DNA from: Bacilli bacterium
GTDB taxonomy: Bacteria; Bacillota_I; Bacilli_A; RF39; UBA660
Reading direction: 5' to 3'
Assembly (NCBI GenBank): GCA_022798795.1
Contig: JAAWNF010000003.1
Location: forward strand, 1-57,346
DNA length: 57,346 nucleotides
The translations under genes were made by a program, and so were the position numbers. The notes below the pieces were generated by a model. That model did no database searches. It saw only the letters and a list, made by a program, of their open reading frames with translations, and was not told the origin of the DNA. Shown piece after piece: positions 8,908-18,964 of this stretch; within the stretch, counting starts at the first letter, position 1, and every line of letters starts with the position of its first letter.

Positions 8908-9606
8908 ATGAATATTGCCATTCTAACTACAATTGGTAAATGGGTAGGTTGTTTATTAATTGGATTTGTTTCGATTTTTAGTGGTTCTGTTATAAAAAGA
9001 GAATTATTAGAAACAGTAAATGTAAATGAAGATAAAAGTTATAGTGCTTTGAATGAAATAATTCCATATGAAACAAAAATAGTGTATAATTCAAAGACTC
9101 CTGCAACAATCAAAAAAGTAATCGTTCCAGGAGAAGTAGGAATTAGTACAATAAAAGAAAATGATGAGAAAGTGATTGTAAAAGAGCCTGTAACAGAAGT
9201 GATAGAACAAGGAACTGGAGAAGTAGGTGAATATGTAGGACGAATTACTGGATACGGTCCAGATTGTCCTGGATGTAGTAGCACAGGAACAGTTGCTTGT
9301 CATACAGAGAATAGAGGAAAACATAGCTTAATAACAAATGGAATTTATTATGAAGATAAAGAATATGGAAAAGTGAGAATTTTGTCAGCCGCTTCAGCAT
9401 TTCCATGTGGAACTATAATAAAAGTAGATAATGGGAAAATAGAGCCATTTTATGGAGTTGTTTTAGACCGTGGTGGTTCTATGAATAGTGCTTGGAAAAA
9501 CGGAACAGTATGGATAGATTTAGCTTATGCTTCATCTGCAGATGCCAAAGCAGGAGGAATTACAGGAAGAAATATTAAATTTAGTGTACAAAGATGGGGA
9601 TTTTAA
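8908..9606 (+). CDS. YabE-like cell-wall protein: N-terminal membrane anchor, G5 segment and 3D (MltA-like) domain
   Basis: Hydrophobic N-terminus; G5-like IPYETKIVYN...GE.G...EPVTEVIEQGT; 3D-like ITGY...FPCGTIIKV...VLDRGG...IDL. Syntenic between tatD and ksgA. ATG 8908 follows GAGGTG. Confidence 0.75.
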   Translation: MNIAILTTIGKWVGCLLIGFVSIFSGSVIKRELLETVNVNEDKSYSALNEIIPYETKIVYNSKTPATIKKVIVPGEVGISTIKENDEKVIVKEPVTEVIEQGTGEVGEYVGRITGYGPDCPGCSSTGTVACHTENRGKHSLITNGIYYEDKEYGKVRILSAASAFPCGTIIKVDNGKIEPFYGVVLDRGGSMNSAWKNGTVWIDLAYASSADAKAGGITGRNIKFSVQRWGF

Positions 9607-9674
9607 TCCTCTTTTTTCTTGAAAAAAAAAAGAAAAGTCGCTATAATAAAATAAATGTATGAATGGAGGAAATT

Positions 9675-10529
9675 ATGGAATACTCACCAAAGAAACTTTC
9701 TGATATTTTAGAAAAACATGGATTTAATTTTAAAAAAAGTTTTGGTCAAAATTTCATTGTAGATGAAAACATCATAGATGCTATTATAGAAAAAGCTATG
9801 ATAAAACCAAATACTTGTGTTTTAGAAATTGGTCCAGGAGCAGGAGCACTTACTTACAAATTAAGTGAGAGGGCAAAAAACGTACTATGTTTTGAAATAG
9901 ATAAAAAATTAGAACCAATATTAGAAGAATTACTAAACGAGAAAAACAATGTAGAAATTATTTATGAAGATTTTTTAACTTCTGATATAAAAACAAAAAT
10001 TTCTTCCTATTCATTTGATTCTTTATATGTAGTAGCTAATCTTCCTTACTATATAACAACTCCAATAATTATGAAATTAATAGAAGATAAAATCCCAGTT
10101 GATAAAATTGTTATCATGGTTCAAAAAGAAGTGGGGGATAGATTTAAAGCAGTACCTGGAACCAAAGACTATAGTTCTTTATCTGTGTTTTTAAATTACT
10201 ATTTTGATGTAAAAAAATTGATGGATGTTAGTAGGCATGTATTTCTTCCAAAACCAAATGTGGATAGTATCATTATTGAATTAAAAAAGAAGGAATGCCA
10301 AACACAAGTAATAGATGAAGACTACTTTTTCAAATTGATTAGAGAAAGTTTTAAACAAAAAAGAAAAACCATAAAAAATAATTTAAGGGAATATCCATTA
10401 AACGAAATTGAAAAGATACTGAAAAAATATGGTTTTGATTTAAGTGTAAGAGCAGAACAGCTATCGCTTGATATATTTATTGATATAGCAAATAGAGTTA
10501 GTAAAGGTGTGTGTAGTAATGATAAATAA
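9675..10529 (+). CDS. rsmA: 16S rRNA m6,2A dimethyltransferase
   Basis: KKSFGQNFI, LEIGPGAGALT, VVANLPYYITTPII and F.PKPNVDS motifs. The start is moved to ATG 9675 behind GGAGG; promoter TTGAAA-17-TATAAT (9619-9647). Confidence 0.96.
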   Translation: MEYSPKKLSDILEKHGFNFKKSFGQNFIVDENIIDAIIEKAMIKPNTCVLEIGPGAGALTYKLSERAKNVLCFEIDKKLEPILEELLNEKNNVEIIYEDFLTSDIKTKISSYSFDSLYVVANLPYYITTPIIMKLIEDKIPVDKIVIMVQKEVGDRFKAVPGTKDYSSLSVFLNYYFDVKKLMDVSRHVFLPKPNVDSIIIELKKKECQTQVIDEDYFFKLIRESFKQKRKTIKNNLREYPLNEIEKILKKYGFDLSVRAEQLSLDIFIDIANRVSKGVCSNDK

Positions 10530-11169
10530 AAAATGGGATGTTATGTTGGAACAAGAATTTAAAAAAGAGTATTTTAAAAAATTAGGAATTTTTGTTAAAG
10601 ATGAATATACACATAAAATTGTATACCCAGAATATAAAAATATTTTTAATGCTTTAAGATATACAGATTATGATGAAGTAAAAGTGGTTATTTTAGGGCA
10701 AGACCCCTATCATGGAGAAAGAGAAGCACATGGACTTTCTTTTTCTGTACAAGAAGGAGTGCCAATGCCACCTTCTTTACAAAATATTTTTAAAGAATTG
10801 GAAGATGATATAGGAGTAAAACGCAATTGTAGTGATTTAACAGATTGGGCGAAAAAAGGAGTATTATTGTTGAATTCTATTATGACAGTTGTAAAAGATA
10901 GACCCTTATCACACAAAGAAAAGGGCTGGGAAATATTTACTGATAATATTATAAAAATGCTTAGTGAGCGGGAGGAACCAATTGTATTTATTTTATGGGG
11001 AAGTTATGCTAGGAGTAAAAAAGTATTGATTACAAATTCAAAGCATAGAATCATAGAGAGTGTTCACCCATCTCCTTTATCCGCATATCGTGGTTTTTTT
11101 GGCAGTAAACCATTTTCTAAAACAAATGAATTTTTAAAAAGCGTTTATGGAAAAGGAATTGACTGGTAA
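10519..11169 (+). CDS. ung: Uracil-DNA glycosylase, family 1
   Basis: GQDPYHG, HGLSFS, PPSLQN, GVLLLN and HPSPLS motifs. Probable start ATG 10519. Confidence 0.96.
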   Translation: MINKKWDVMLEQEFKKEYFKKLGIFVKDEYTHKIVYPEYKNIFNALRYTDYDEVKVVILGQDPYHGEREAHGLSFSVQEGVPMPPSLQNIFKELEDDIGVKRNCSDLTDWAKKGVLLLNSIMTVVKDRPLSHKEKGWEIFTDNIIKMLSEREEPIVFILWGSYARSKKVLITNSKHRIIESVHPSPLSAYRGFFGSKPFSKTNEFLKSVYGKGIDW

Positions 11170-12473
11170 TGATTGAGGAGACAATCCAAAAGCTAAAAAT
11201 AAATTTAAAAGAGCCAATAGTAGTAGCAGTATCAGGAGGACCTGATTCAATGGCTTTATTATCAATGTTAGGAAAATTAGGTTTTGAAACCATTATTTGT
11301 GCTCATGTACATCATAATAGTGGAAGAACAGGACAAGATGAAGATGAAAAATTTGTAAAAGAGTACTGTGAAAAATATCAATATATTTTTGAAAGTATGA
11401 AAATTGAGAGTTATGATAAAGATAATTTTCATAATCAAGCTCATAAAAAAAGGTATCAATTTTTTGAAATAATTATGAAAAAATATCATTGTCAATATCT
11501 TTTTACAGCGCATCATGGTGATGACTTAATGGAAACTATGTTATTCCGAATGATGAGAGGGTCTACAATAAAAGCGCTACATGGTTTTTCAGCTGTTTCT
11601 GAGAAAAATGGGTATATTGTAGTAAGACCATTATTAAAATACACAAAAGATGAATTATTACAATACAATATAGAAAATCATATACCATATCAAATTGATA
11701 GCTCAAATGAAAAAGATGTTTATACAAGAAATCGAATTCGTAAAAATATATTGCCTTTTATGAGGCAGGAGCAGAGAAATGTGCATTTAAAATTCCTAGA
11801 TATAAGTAGTGAATTAGAAGAAATGGAAATATGTATCAGAAAGATAGCTTATAAGAAAAAAGAAAAGTGGTTTTGCAATCATATGTTAGATATTACTGAT
11901 TGGGATAGTATAGATAAAATTATCCAAAAACGGATATTACAAATGGTATTAAGTGATATTTATATGGACAAACAAGAAATGCTAGAAAAAGTTCATATTG
12001 AATTACTACAGAATTTAATTAGCAACGCAAAATCAGGTACAAAATTAGTATTTCCTAAGAATTTAATTGTAAAAAAAGAATATCAAACAATTTTATTTGG
12101 AGAAACAAAAGCGAATTCTTACGAATATGTTTTAGAAAAGGATACTAAACTGCCCAATGGACATGAGATAAAATTTTTACAAGAAGAAGAAACCGATTCT
12201 AATTTTGTTTGTAGAATAAAAAAAGAAGAATTAGTATTTCCACTTTTGGTAAGGACAAGGAAAGCACAAGATAAAATGCAAATAAAAGGAATGAATGGAA
12301 GGAAAAAAATTAAAGAAATTTTTATAAATTCAAAAATACCAGAACACCTTCGTGCATCATATCCAATTGTGACTGATAATACAGGTAAAATAGTCTGGAT
12401 TCCTGGAGTGAAAAAATCGCAATTTGATAAAACAAAAGAAGAAAAGTATGATATAATACTTAGGTACTATTAA
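11169..12473 (+). CDS. tilS: tRNA(Ile)-lysidine synthetase
   Basis: PP-loop AVSGGPDS, AHHGDD..ET, VRPLL, YTRNRIR, and a C-terminal TilS domain. Confidence 0.95.
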   Translation: MIEETIQKLKINLKEPIVVAVSGGPDSMALLSMLGKLGFETIICAHVHHNSGRTGQDEDEKFVKEYCEKYQYIFESMKIESYDKDNFHNQAHKKRYQFFEIIMKKYHCQYLFTAHHGDDLMETMLFRMMRGSTIKALHGFSAVSEKNGYIVVRPLLKYTKDELLQYNIENHIPYQIDSSNEKDVYTRNRIRKNILPFMRQEQRNVHLKFLDISSELEEMEICIRKIAYKKKEKWFCNHMLDITDWDSIDKIIQKRILQMVLSDIYMDKQEMLEKVHIELLQNLISNAKSGTKLVFPKNLIVKKEYQTILFGETKANSYEYVLEKDTKLPNGHEIKFLQEEETDSNFVCRIKKEELVFPLLVRTRKAQDKMQIKGMNGRKKIKEIFINSKIPEHLRASYPIVTDNTGKIVWIPGVKKSQFDKTKEEKYDIILRYY

Positions 12474-12489
12474 GGAGGGAAAAAACTAA

Positions 12490-14484
12490 ATGAATAAAAA
12501 AGCTGTGAAAAGAGGACTTGTTCCATATTTATTTTTGTTTTTAGTCATAGCTAGTGTCATGTATTTTTTTAATGTAATTAATCAAAAAGTAAATAATATT
12601 ACGTATGATAAATTTATAGAAGCTGCTGAAAAAGGAGATATAACAGAAATTAAAGTGATACCTAGAAGTAGTGCTTATGTCTATGAAATTCGTGGAAAGT
12701 TAAAAGATTATAATGAAAATGAAACTTTTGTATTAAAATTGCCACTAGCAGAAGAGTCAATGACAAAATTAATGGATTTAGAAGCAGAACACAAATTTAA
12801 ACTAGAGACTATTAGTGACCCTGATTCTAATAAAATTATATTATTCTTAATTAATATTGTACCAATGTTAATATTATTGGGTGGAGCATTTTTCTTAATT
12901 ACTAGACAAATGGGAAGTGCAAATAAGTCAATGGATTTTGGTAAGAGTAGAGCGCGTTTGTCAGAAAATAACAAAAAGGTAACATTTAAAGATGTTGCAG
13001 GATTAGATGAAGAAAAAGAAGAAGTAGCAGAATTAATAGACTTCTTAAAGAGTCCTAAAAAGTTTCAGTCACTAGGAGCAAGAATTCCAAAAGGAGTTTT
13101 ATTAGTAGGGCCTCCTGGAACAGGAAAAACTTTATTAGCACGTGCAGTAGCTGGAGAAGCAAATGTACCATTTTACTATATTAGTGGTAGTGAATTTGTA
13201 GAGTTGTTTGTTGGAGTAGGAGCAAGCCGTGTAAGAGATATGTTTAAACAAGCCAAGCAAAGTGCACCATGTTTAATTTTTATTGATGAAATTGATGCAG
13301 TAGGACGTCAAAGAGGAGCCGGGTTAGGTGGAGGACATGATGAACGAGAACAAACGTTAAATCAGTTATTAACAGAAATGGATGGATTTGGAGCTAATGA
13401 AGGAATTATCATTATTGCAGCAACAAATCGCCCTGATGTTTTAGACCCAGCATTACTTCGTCCTGGAAGATTTGATAGACAAGTAACAGTTAACCTTCCT
13501 GATGTAAAAGGAAGAGAAGAAATTTTAAAAGTTCATGCAAGGGGAAAAACTTTTAGTAAAGCCGTAGAATTATCTAATATTGCGAAAAGAACAGTTGGAT
13601 TTAGTGGAGCAGACTTAGAGAATTTATTAAATGAGGCGGCCTTGCTTGCAGTTAGAAGAAATAAAAAAGCAATTAGTATGACAGAAATTGACGAAGCTCA
13701 TGACCGTGTGTTGATGGGACCAGCTAAAAAAAGTCATAAATATACAGAACATGAAAAGAAAGTAGTTGCTTATCATGAAGCAGGTCATGCAGTTTTAGGA
13801 TTGTGCTTGGATGGAGCTAATGAGGTCCAAAAAATAACAATTGTTCCACGTGGTTCAGCAGGTGGATATAATTTAATGCTTCCAAAAGAAGAAACTTATT
13901 TACAAACAAAAAGCGAGTTATTAGGAATGATAAGTGGATTACTTGGAGGACGCGTTGCAGAAGAAATTATTTTTCACGAAGTAACAACAGGTGCTCATAA
14001 TGATTTTGAAAAAGCAACAAAAATAGCGCGTGCTATGGTTACAGAATATGGTATGAGTGAGTTAGGACCAGTTCAATTTGAACATCAAGAATCTAGTGTC
14101 TTCTTAGGAAGAGACTACAATAAAAGTAGAAATTTCTCAAGTCAAGTCGCATTTGAAATTGACCAAGAACAGAGAAAGATTATTCATGAATGTTATGAGA
14201 AAGCAAAAAGTGTCATTCATGAAAATAAAAAGCTACTAGATTTAATCGCAACGACTTTGTTAGAATATGAAACGATTACAAAAGAGCAAATTGATTATCT
14301 TGTTAAACATGGTTGTATGCCAGATGATGATAAAGAAGTAGATGAAAGTGATTTTAAAGAAGCGAGTTTAAAGGATTTATCATTAAAAGAATTACAAGAA
14401 ATAGCCAAAGACAAAGGGCTTGAAAAGATAGAAGATTTATCAAAAGATGAATTGATAGAAAAATTAGAAGGATTAGAAAAATAA
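12490..14484 (+). CDS. ftsH: ATP-dependent Zn metalloprotease FtsH with an extra C-terminal helical module
   Basis: Two TM helices, Walker A GPPGTGKT, Walker B IFIDEID, SRH ([12 protein letters not shown]) and HEAGH. Confidence 0.98.
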   Translation: MNKKAVKRGLVPYLFLFLVIASVMYFFNVINQKVNNITYDKFIEAAEKGDITEIKVIPRSSAYVYEIRGKLKDYNENETFVLKLPLAEESMTKLMDLEAEHKFKLETISDPDSNKIILFLINIVPMLILLGGAFFLITRQMGSANKSMDFGKSRARLSENNKKVTFKDVAGLDEEKEEVAELIDFLKSPKKFQSLGARIPKGVLLVGPPGTGKTLLARAVAGEANVPFYYISGSEFVELFVGVGASRVRDMFKQAKQSAPCLIFIDEIDAVGRQRGAGLGGGHDEREQTLNQLLTEMDGFGANEGIIIIAATNRPDVLDPALLRPGRFDRQVTVNLPDVKGREEILKVHARGKTFSKAVELSNIAKRTVGFSGADLENLLNEAALLAVRRNKKAISMTEIDEAHDRVLMGPAKKSHKYTEHEKKVVAYHEAGHAVLGLCLDGANEVQKITIVPRGSAGGYNLMLPKEETYLQTKSELLGMISGLLGGRVAEEIIFHEVTTGAHNDFEKATKIARAMVTEYGMSELGPVQFEHQESSVFLGRDYNKSRNFSSQVAFEIDQEQRKIIHECYEKAKSVIHENKKLLDLIATTLLEYETITKEQIDYLVKHGCMPDDDKEVDESDFKEASLKDLSLKELQEIAKDKGLEKIEDLSKDELIEKLEGLEK

Positions 14485-14731
14485 TTCTTCTTTTTTTATA
14501 AAAATATAAATAAGACTTGAAAATAATTATATAAAGATTCGCATTGATATAAAGGGTATATAATAATATCTCTTCCTTATATGGAGAAAAAAGAAGTGAT
14601 AACATCATATAAATAAAGGTATAAGTAAGTTTGGAAAATATCTTTTTTGATTTTTCAAAAATTAAGATAGCTATCAATAGATATTTATGATAAAATATGA
14701 TATAGAACGTAATTAGGAAATGGTGATGTAA

Positions 14732-15517
14732 ATGGGAAAAATAATAGCCTTAGTTAATCAAAAAGGAGGAGTTGGTAAAACAACTTCTAGTATTAATTTA
14801 GCCGCTTCTTTAGGAGCTTTAAGAGAAAAGGTATTATTGGTAGATTTAGATCCCCAAGGGAATGCTACTACTGGAGTAGGAATCGATAAGGGAGAAGTAA
14901 AGAAAAATGTTTATGACTTAATGATAGATAATGCAACTGTAAATGAAGTGATATTAAAAACAAAATTTAAAAATCTTTATATTATTCCCTCTAATATTGT
15001 ACTAGCAGGAGCAGATTTAGAATTGATTGAAAAAAGTAGACTGGACCCAGGATTTCAAAAAAGTAGACAATTAAAAAAACATTTGGATGAAGCGAAGTCA
15101 TTATTTGATTATATTATAATTGATTGTCCACCTTCTCTGGGCATTTTAACAACCAATGCATTAAGCGCTTCTGATTCTGTAGTTATTCCAGTACAATGTG
15201 AATTTTTTGCTCTAGAAGGAATTATGCAATTATTAAATACAATTATGTTAGCACAAAAAAATTTAAATCCAACTTTGGACATAGAGGGCGTTTTGCTTAC
15301 TATGCTAGATAACCGTACTAATTTAGGATTAGAAGTAGTAGAAGATATCAAAAGTTATTTTAAAGAACGAGTATATGATACCATTATTCCTAGACTAGTA
15401 CGTTTATCTGAGGCTCCAAGTCATGGGAAGCCAATTATTGCATATGACCCAAATAGTAGAGGGACTGAGGCATATCTTAATTTGGCAAAGGAGGTATTAG
15501 AAAGAAATGGAAAGTAG
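14732..15517 (+). CDS. soj: ParA-family ATPase Soj
   Basis: NQKGGVGKTT, DLDPQGNAT, IIDCPPSLG and RL.EAPSHG motifs. Confidence 0.96.
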   Translation: MGKIIALVNQKGGVGKTTSSINLAASLGALREKVLLVDLDPQGNATTGVGIDKGEVKKNVYDLMIDNATVNEVILKTKFKNLYIIPSNIVLAGADLELIEKSRLDPGFQKSRQLKKHLDEAKSLFDYIIIDCPPSLGILTTNALSASDSVVIPVQCEFFALEGIMQLLNTIMLAQKNLNPTLDIEGVLLTMLDNRTNLGLEVVEDIKSYFKERVYDTIIPRLVRLSEAPSHGKPIIAYDPNSRGTEAYLNLAKEVLERNGK

Positions 15518-16382
15518 AAGAGCGTTAGGAAGAGGTCTTGAACAACTTTTTAATAGTGACAATTTAGATATTGAAAGTATGGAAAGACAAATTTATGAAA
15601 CTACATCTAAAGAAGAAATTATGGAACTTGATATTTCAGAACTTCGTCCAAACCCTTATCAGCCAAGAAAAGTATTTCATGATGAAAGCTTAGCAGAACT
15701 TGCGAACTCAATTAAAGAACATGGGGTATTTCAACCTATTATTGTAAAGAAAAGTATTAAAGGATATGAAATAGTAGCAGGAGAAAGAAGATATCGTGCT
15801 AGTAAAATGGCAGGATTAGAAAAGATTCCAGCAATCATTAGACAATTTACAGATGAACAAATGATGGAAATCGCTCTTTTGGAGAATTTACAAAGAGAAA
15901 ATTTAAGTGCAATAGAAGAAGCGGAAGCTTATAGAAGAATGATAGAAAGTTTAGATATTACGCAAGAGGAATTATCTCGAAGAATCGGAAAAAGTAGAAG
16001 TCATATTACAAATATTCTAGGACTTTTAAGATTGCCAAAAGAAGTACAAACAGAAGTGGCTAATGGTACCATTAGTATGGGTCATGCGAGAGTTTTGAGT
16101 AAACTAGAATCAGAGGAAAGAATTATTGAATTGGCTCATCAAATTATAGAAGAAAAACTTCCAGTTCGTGAGGTAGAGTCTATTGCAGCAGATAAAAATA
16201 TGGAAAAAAAAGTTAAAATTCATCGCCAAAAGGAAAGTAACAATGACTATAAATATGTAGAAGATTTATTAAGAGAAAAATTAGATACAAAAGTGAAAAT
16301 AAAAGATAAAAAAGTAGAAATACATTTTAGTAATGTAGCAGACTTAAATAGGATATTGGAAATTTTAAATGTGAAGGAGTAA
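15507..16382 (+). CDS. spo0J: ParB-family partition protein Spo0J
   Basis: GRGL N-terminus, NPYQPRK, AGERRYRA, ENLQRENL and an HTH (GKSRSHITN). Confidence 0.96.
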   Translation: MESRRALGRGLEQLFNSDNLDIESMERQIYETTSKEEIMELDISELRPNPYQPRKVFHDESLAELANSIKEHGVFQPIIVKKSIKGYEIVAGERRYRASKMAGLEKIPAIIRQFTDEQMMEIALLENLQRENLSAIEEAEAYRRMIESLDITQEELSRRIGKSRSHITNILGLLRLPKEVQTEVANGTISMGHARVLSKLESEERIIELAHQIIEEKLPVREVESIAADKNMEKKVKIHRQKESNNDYKYVEDLLREKLDTKVKIKDKKVEIHFSNVADLNRILEILNVKE

Positions 16383-16385
16383 TAT

Positions 16386-17192
16386 ATGGAAACTTTTAAA
16401 GAAGTTGTATTAATTAAAGAGGTTATAGAACCTTCACTAATTATTATTTGCAGTGTTTTAATTTATATATTGATTGGAAAAATAATAAAACGTTTTTCCA
16501 AAGCACCAGTAAAAAGAATGGACCAAAAAAAGCGTCAAACTATTTTGACTGTACTAAAAAGTGTTATCAAATATATTATTTTATCTATTGATATTTTGTT
16601 GATATTAAACGTATATGGAATAGATACAAAAGCAATATTAGCATCTTTTGGAGTAATAGGGGCAGTTCTTGGATTAGCGATGCAAGATTTATTAAAAGAC
16701 ATTATAGCAGGAATTTCTATTCTCTTTGAAGACCAATTTCGAGTAGGTGATTGGATAGAGGTCGGTGGATTTAAAGGAGAAGTTATCTCTTTAGGATTAA
16801 AAACAACAAAAATTAAAGCATATACTGGTGAAACGAAAATTGTTTCAAATCGTACTTTAACAGAAGTAACAAACTTTAATATGCACAATTCTATGGCAAT
16901 TATTGATGTACAAGTGGCATATGAATCTGATTTACAGAAAGTGGAAAAAATTTTATCTATGCTTTGTGTAGAACAACAAGATAAAATTCCAATGTTAAAA
17001 GGAGAAATAGAATTATTAGGCGTGCAATCTTTAGGAGAAAATGGAATTGTATATAGAATTGTTGCTCCTTGTAAATCTATGGAACAGTATGGAGTAGAAA
17101 GAATTCTTAGAAAAGCGATTAAACAAGCATTTGATAAAAATCATATAATAATTCCTTATCCACAGGTGGTGATACATAATGAAAGAATATAA
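16386..17192 (+). CDS. Small-conductance mechanosensitive channel family protein
   Basis: TM helices, G.AMQDLLKDIIAG, FRVGDWI, GEVISLGLKTTKI and IPYPQ motifs. Confidence 0.9.
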   Translation: METFKEVVLIKEVIEPSLIIICSVLIYILIGKIIKRFSKAPVKRMDQKKRQTILTVLKSVIKYIILSIDILLILNVYGIDTKAILASFGVIGAVLGLAMQDLLKDIIAGISILFEDQFRVGDWIEVGGFKGEVISLGLKTTKIKAYTGETKIVSNRTLTEVTNFNMHNSMAIIDVQVAYESDLQKVEKILSMLCVEQQDKIPMLKGEIELLGVQSLGENGIVYRIVAPCKSMEQYGVERILRKAIKQAFDKNHIIIPYPQVVIHNERI

Positions 17193-17361
17193 AGTAGGAA
17201 GTATTGTTATCATGAAAAAAGGTCATCCATGTGGTACCAATGAATGGGAGGTTACCAGAGTTGGTGCCGATATTAAAATAAAATGTAATGGATGTGGAAG
17301 AAGCATTATGCTTCCTAGAATAGAATTTAACAAAAAAATGAAAAAAGTAGTCAGTGAGTAG
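17179..17361 (+). CDS. DUF951 family protein (YyzM-like)
   Basis: GSIVIMKKGHPCGTNEWEVTRVGADIKIKCNGCGR; usual position upstream of ychF. Confidence 0.9.
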   Translation: MKEYKVGSIVIMKKGHPCGTNEWEVTRVGADIKIKCNGCGRSIMLPRIEFNKKMKKVVSE

Positions 17362-17369
17362 GAGGAACT

Positions 17370-18884
17370 ATGAAGAAGAAAAATAAAAAGAAATTTATGT
17401 TAGGACCAGTTATTACAATTATTTTATTGACATTTATAATCATGTTTTTGAGTTCTCTATTTTCTATTCTAGGAATACAAGGACATAGAACTGCAATTGT
17501 AAATGGAACATTAGAATCTTCATTAGTAACTGTAAAGAATATATTTACAGTAGAAGGAATTAAATATATTTTTGGTAATATTGTTATTAATTTTCGTTCT
17601 TTTGAGCCTTTGGTTCTAATTATCATGTCGTTTATCGCAGTTGGTATTGGGGACTCGAGTGGACTATTTAAAGCTATTTTTTCTCCATTTAAAAAGCTAA
17701 ATGCTACAGTGACTACTTTTTTGGTATTCTTACTTGGTATAATATCTTCTATAATTGGAGAATATAGTTATATTATTTTAATTCCGTTGGTTAGTGTTAT
17801 GTATAAATATTTAGGAAAAAATCAGATGCTAGGAGTATTAACAATATTTCTAGGAATTACATTGGGGTATGGTACAGGTATTTATTACAATTTTAATGCT
17901 TATCAATTAGGTCAACTAACACAAGCAGCAGCAACAATTGATGTCGATAAGAACTATCAATTTCAATTGTTATCGAATATTTATATTATGTTAGCAAGTA
18001 CAGTAATTTTAGCCTTTGTTGGAAGTTTGCTGATTCATAAGTTTTTAGAACCAAAATTTAAAAAACCAATGGAAGAGGACGATGATTTGATTGTTTCAAA
18101 AAAAGCCTTAATATCAAGTCATTTCGTTTTCATAATTATGTTAGCAATTGTTATATATATGATTATTCCTGGATTCCCAGGGTCAGGATTGTTACTAGAT
18201 AATAGCAAAGATACATATATTGCGAAACTGTTTAGTGAAACAGCGCCTTTTAGAGATGGAATCATGTTTATCTTTTTGATTATTGCAATGCTTTGTGGAG
18301 GAATCTATGGTTATTTTTCTGGCAATGTCAAAAACACACATGAATATAGCTTTGATTTGTCAAAAAGTTTTGACAATATTGGATATGTATTTGTTTTAAT
18401 GTTTTTTACTTCTGTTATGACAGGGGTATTAGAATGGACAAATTTAGGAGAAGTGATTGCAACAAATATTATAGAGGTATTAAGTTCTTTTCAATTTTCA
18501 GGAATTCCTTTGATTATTAGTTTTATGGTAGCAATTATATTCATGAGTATTTTAATTCCATCAAATGTTACGAAATGGAGTTTGGCTTCGCCAATTATTA
18601 TTCCTCTTTTTATGAGGGCAAATATTACTCCAGATTTTACACAATTTATATTTAAAGTTTCAGATGGAATTGGAAAAGCCATGACACCATTATTTATTTA
18701 TTTTATTGTTATGATAGCTTTTTTACAGAAAGATAATAAAACAAGTGAAGAAGTAACAATTTTTGGAACTATGAAAATAATGATGCCAATTATATTAATG
18801 GTAGCAGGTTTATGGGTTCTAATTATAATATGTTGGTATATGGCAGGATTACCACTTGGAATAAGTGGATATGCAACACTTTAA
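17370..18884 (+). CDS. AbgT-family transporter
   Basis: Multi-pass membrane protein; N-terminal V.VKNIFTVEGIKY..N.VINF..F.PL and C-terminal KVSDG...MTP..YF patterns typical of AbgT. Confidence 0.75.
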   Translation: MKKKNKKKFMLGPVITIILLTFIIMFLSSLFSILGIQGHRTAIVNGTLESSLVTVKNIFTVEGIKYIFGNIVINFRSFEPLVLIIMSFIAVGIGDSSGLFKAIFSPFKKLNATVTTFLVFLLGIISSIIGEYSYIILIPLVSVMYKYLGKNQMLGVLTIFLGITLGYGTGIYYNFNAYQLGQLTQAAATIDVDKNYQFQLLSNIYIMLASTVILAFVGSLLIHKFLEPKFKKPMEEDDDLIVSKKALISSHFVFIIMLAIVIYMIIPGFPGSGLLLDNSKDTYIAKLFSETAPFRDGIMFIFLIIAMLCGGIYGYFSGNVKNTHEYSFDLSKSFDNIGYVFVLMFFTSVMTGVLEWTNLGEVIATNIIEVLSSFQFSGIPLIISFMVAIIFMSILIPSNVTKWSLASPIIIPLFMRANITPDFTQFIFKVSDGIGKAMTPLFIYFIVMIAFLQKDNKTSEEVTIFGTMKIMMPIILMVAGLWVLIIICWYMAGLPLGISGYATL

Positions 18885-18964
18885 TCAGTACAAGTTATGT
18901 GCTGATTTTTCTTTAAAAATCAAGTGATATATAGTATAATAGTTATTAGGAAAGAGGTATAAAT

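Noticed and set aside
14485-14731. oriC or a structured ncRNA upstream of soj
   Set aside because: No DnaA-box cluster or convincing stable structure; it reads as AT-rich promoter sequence.
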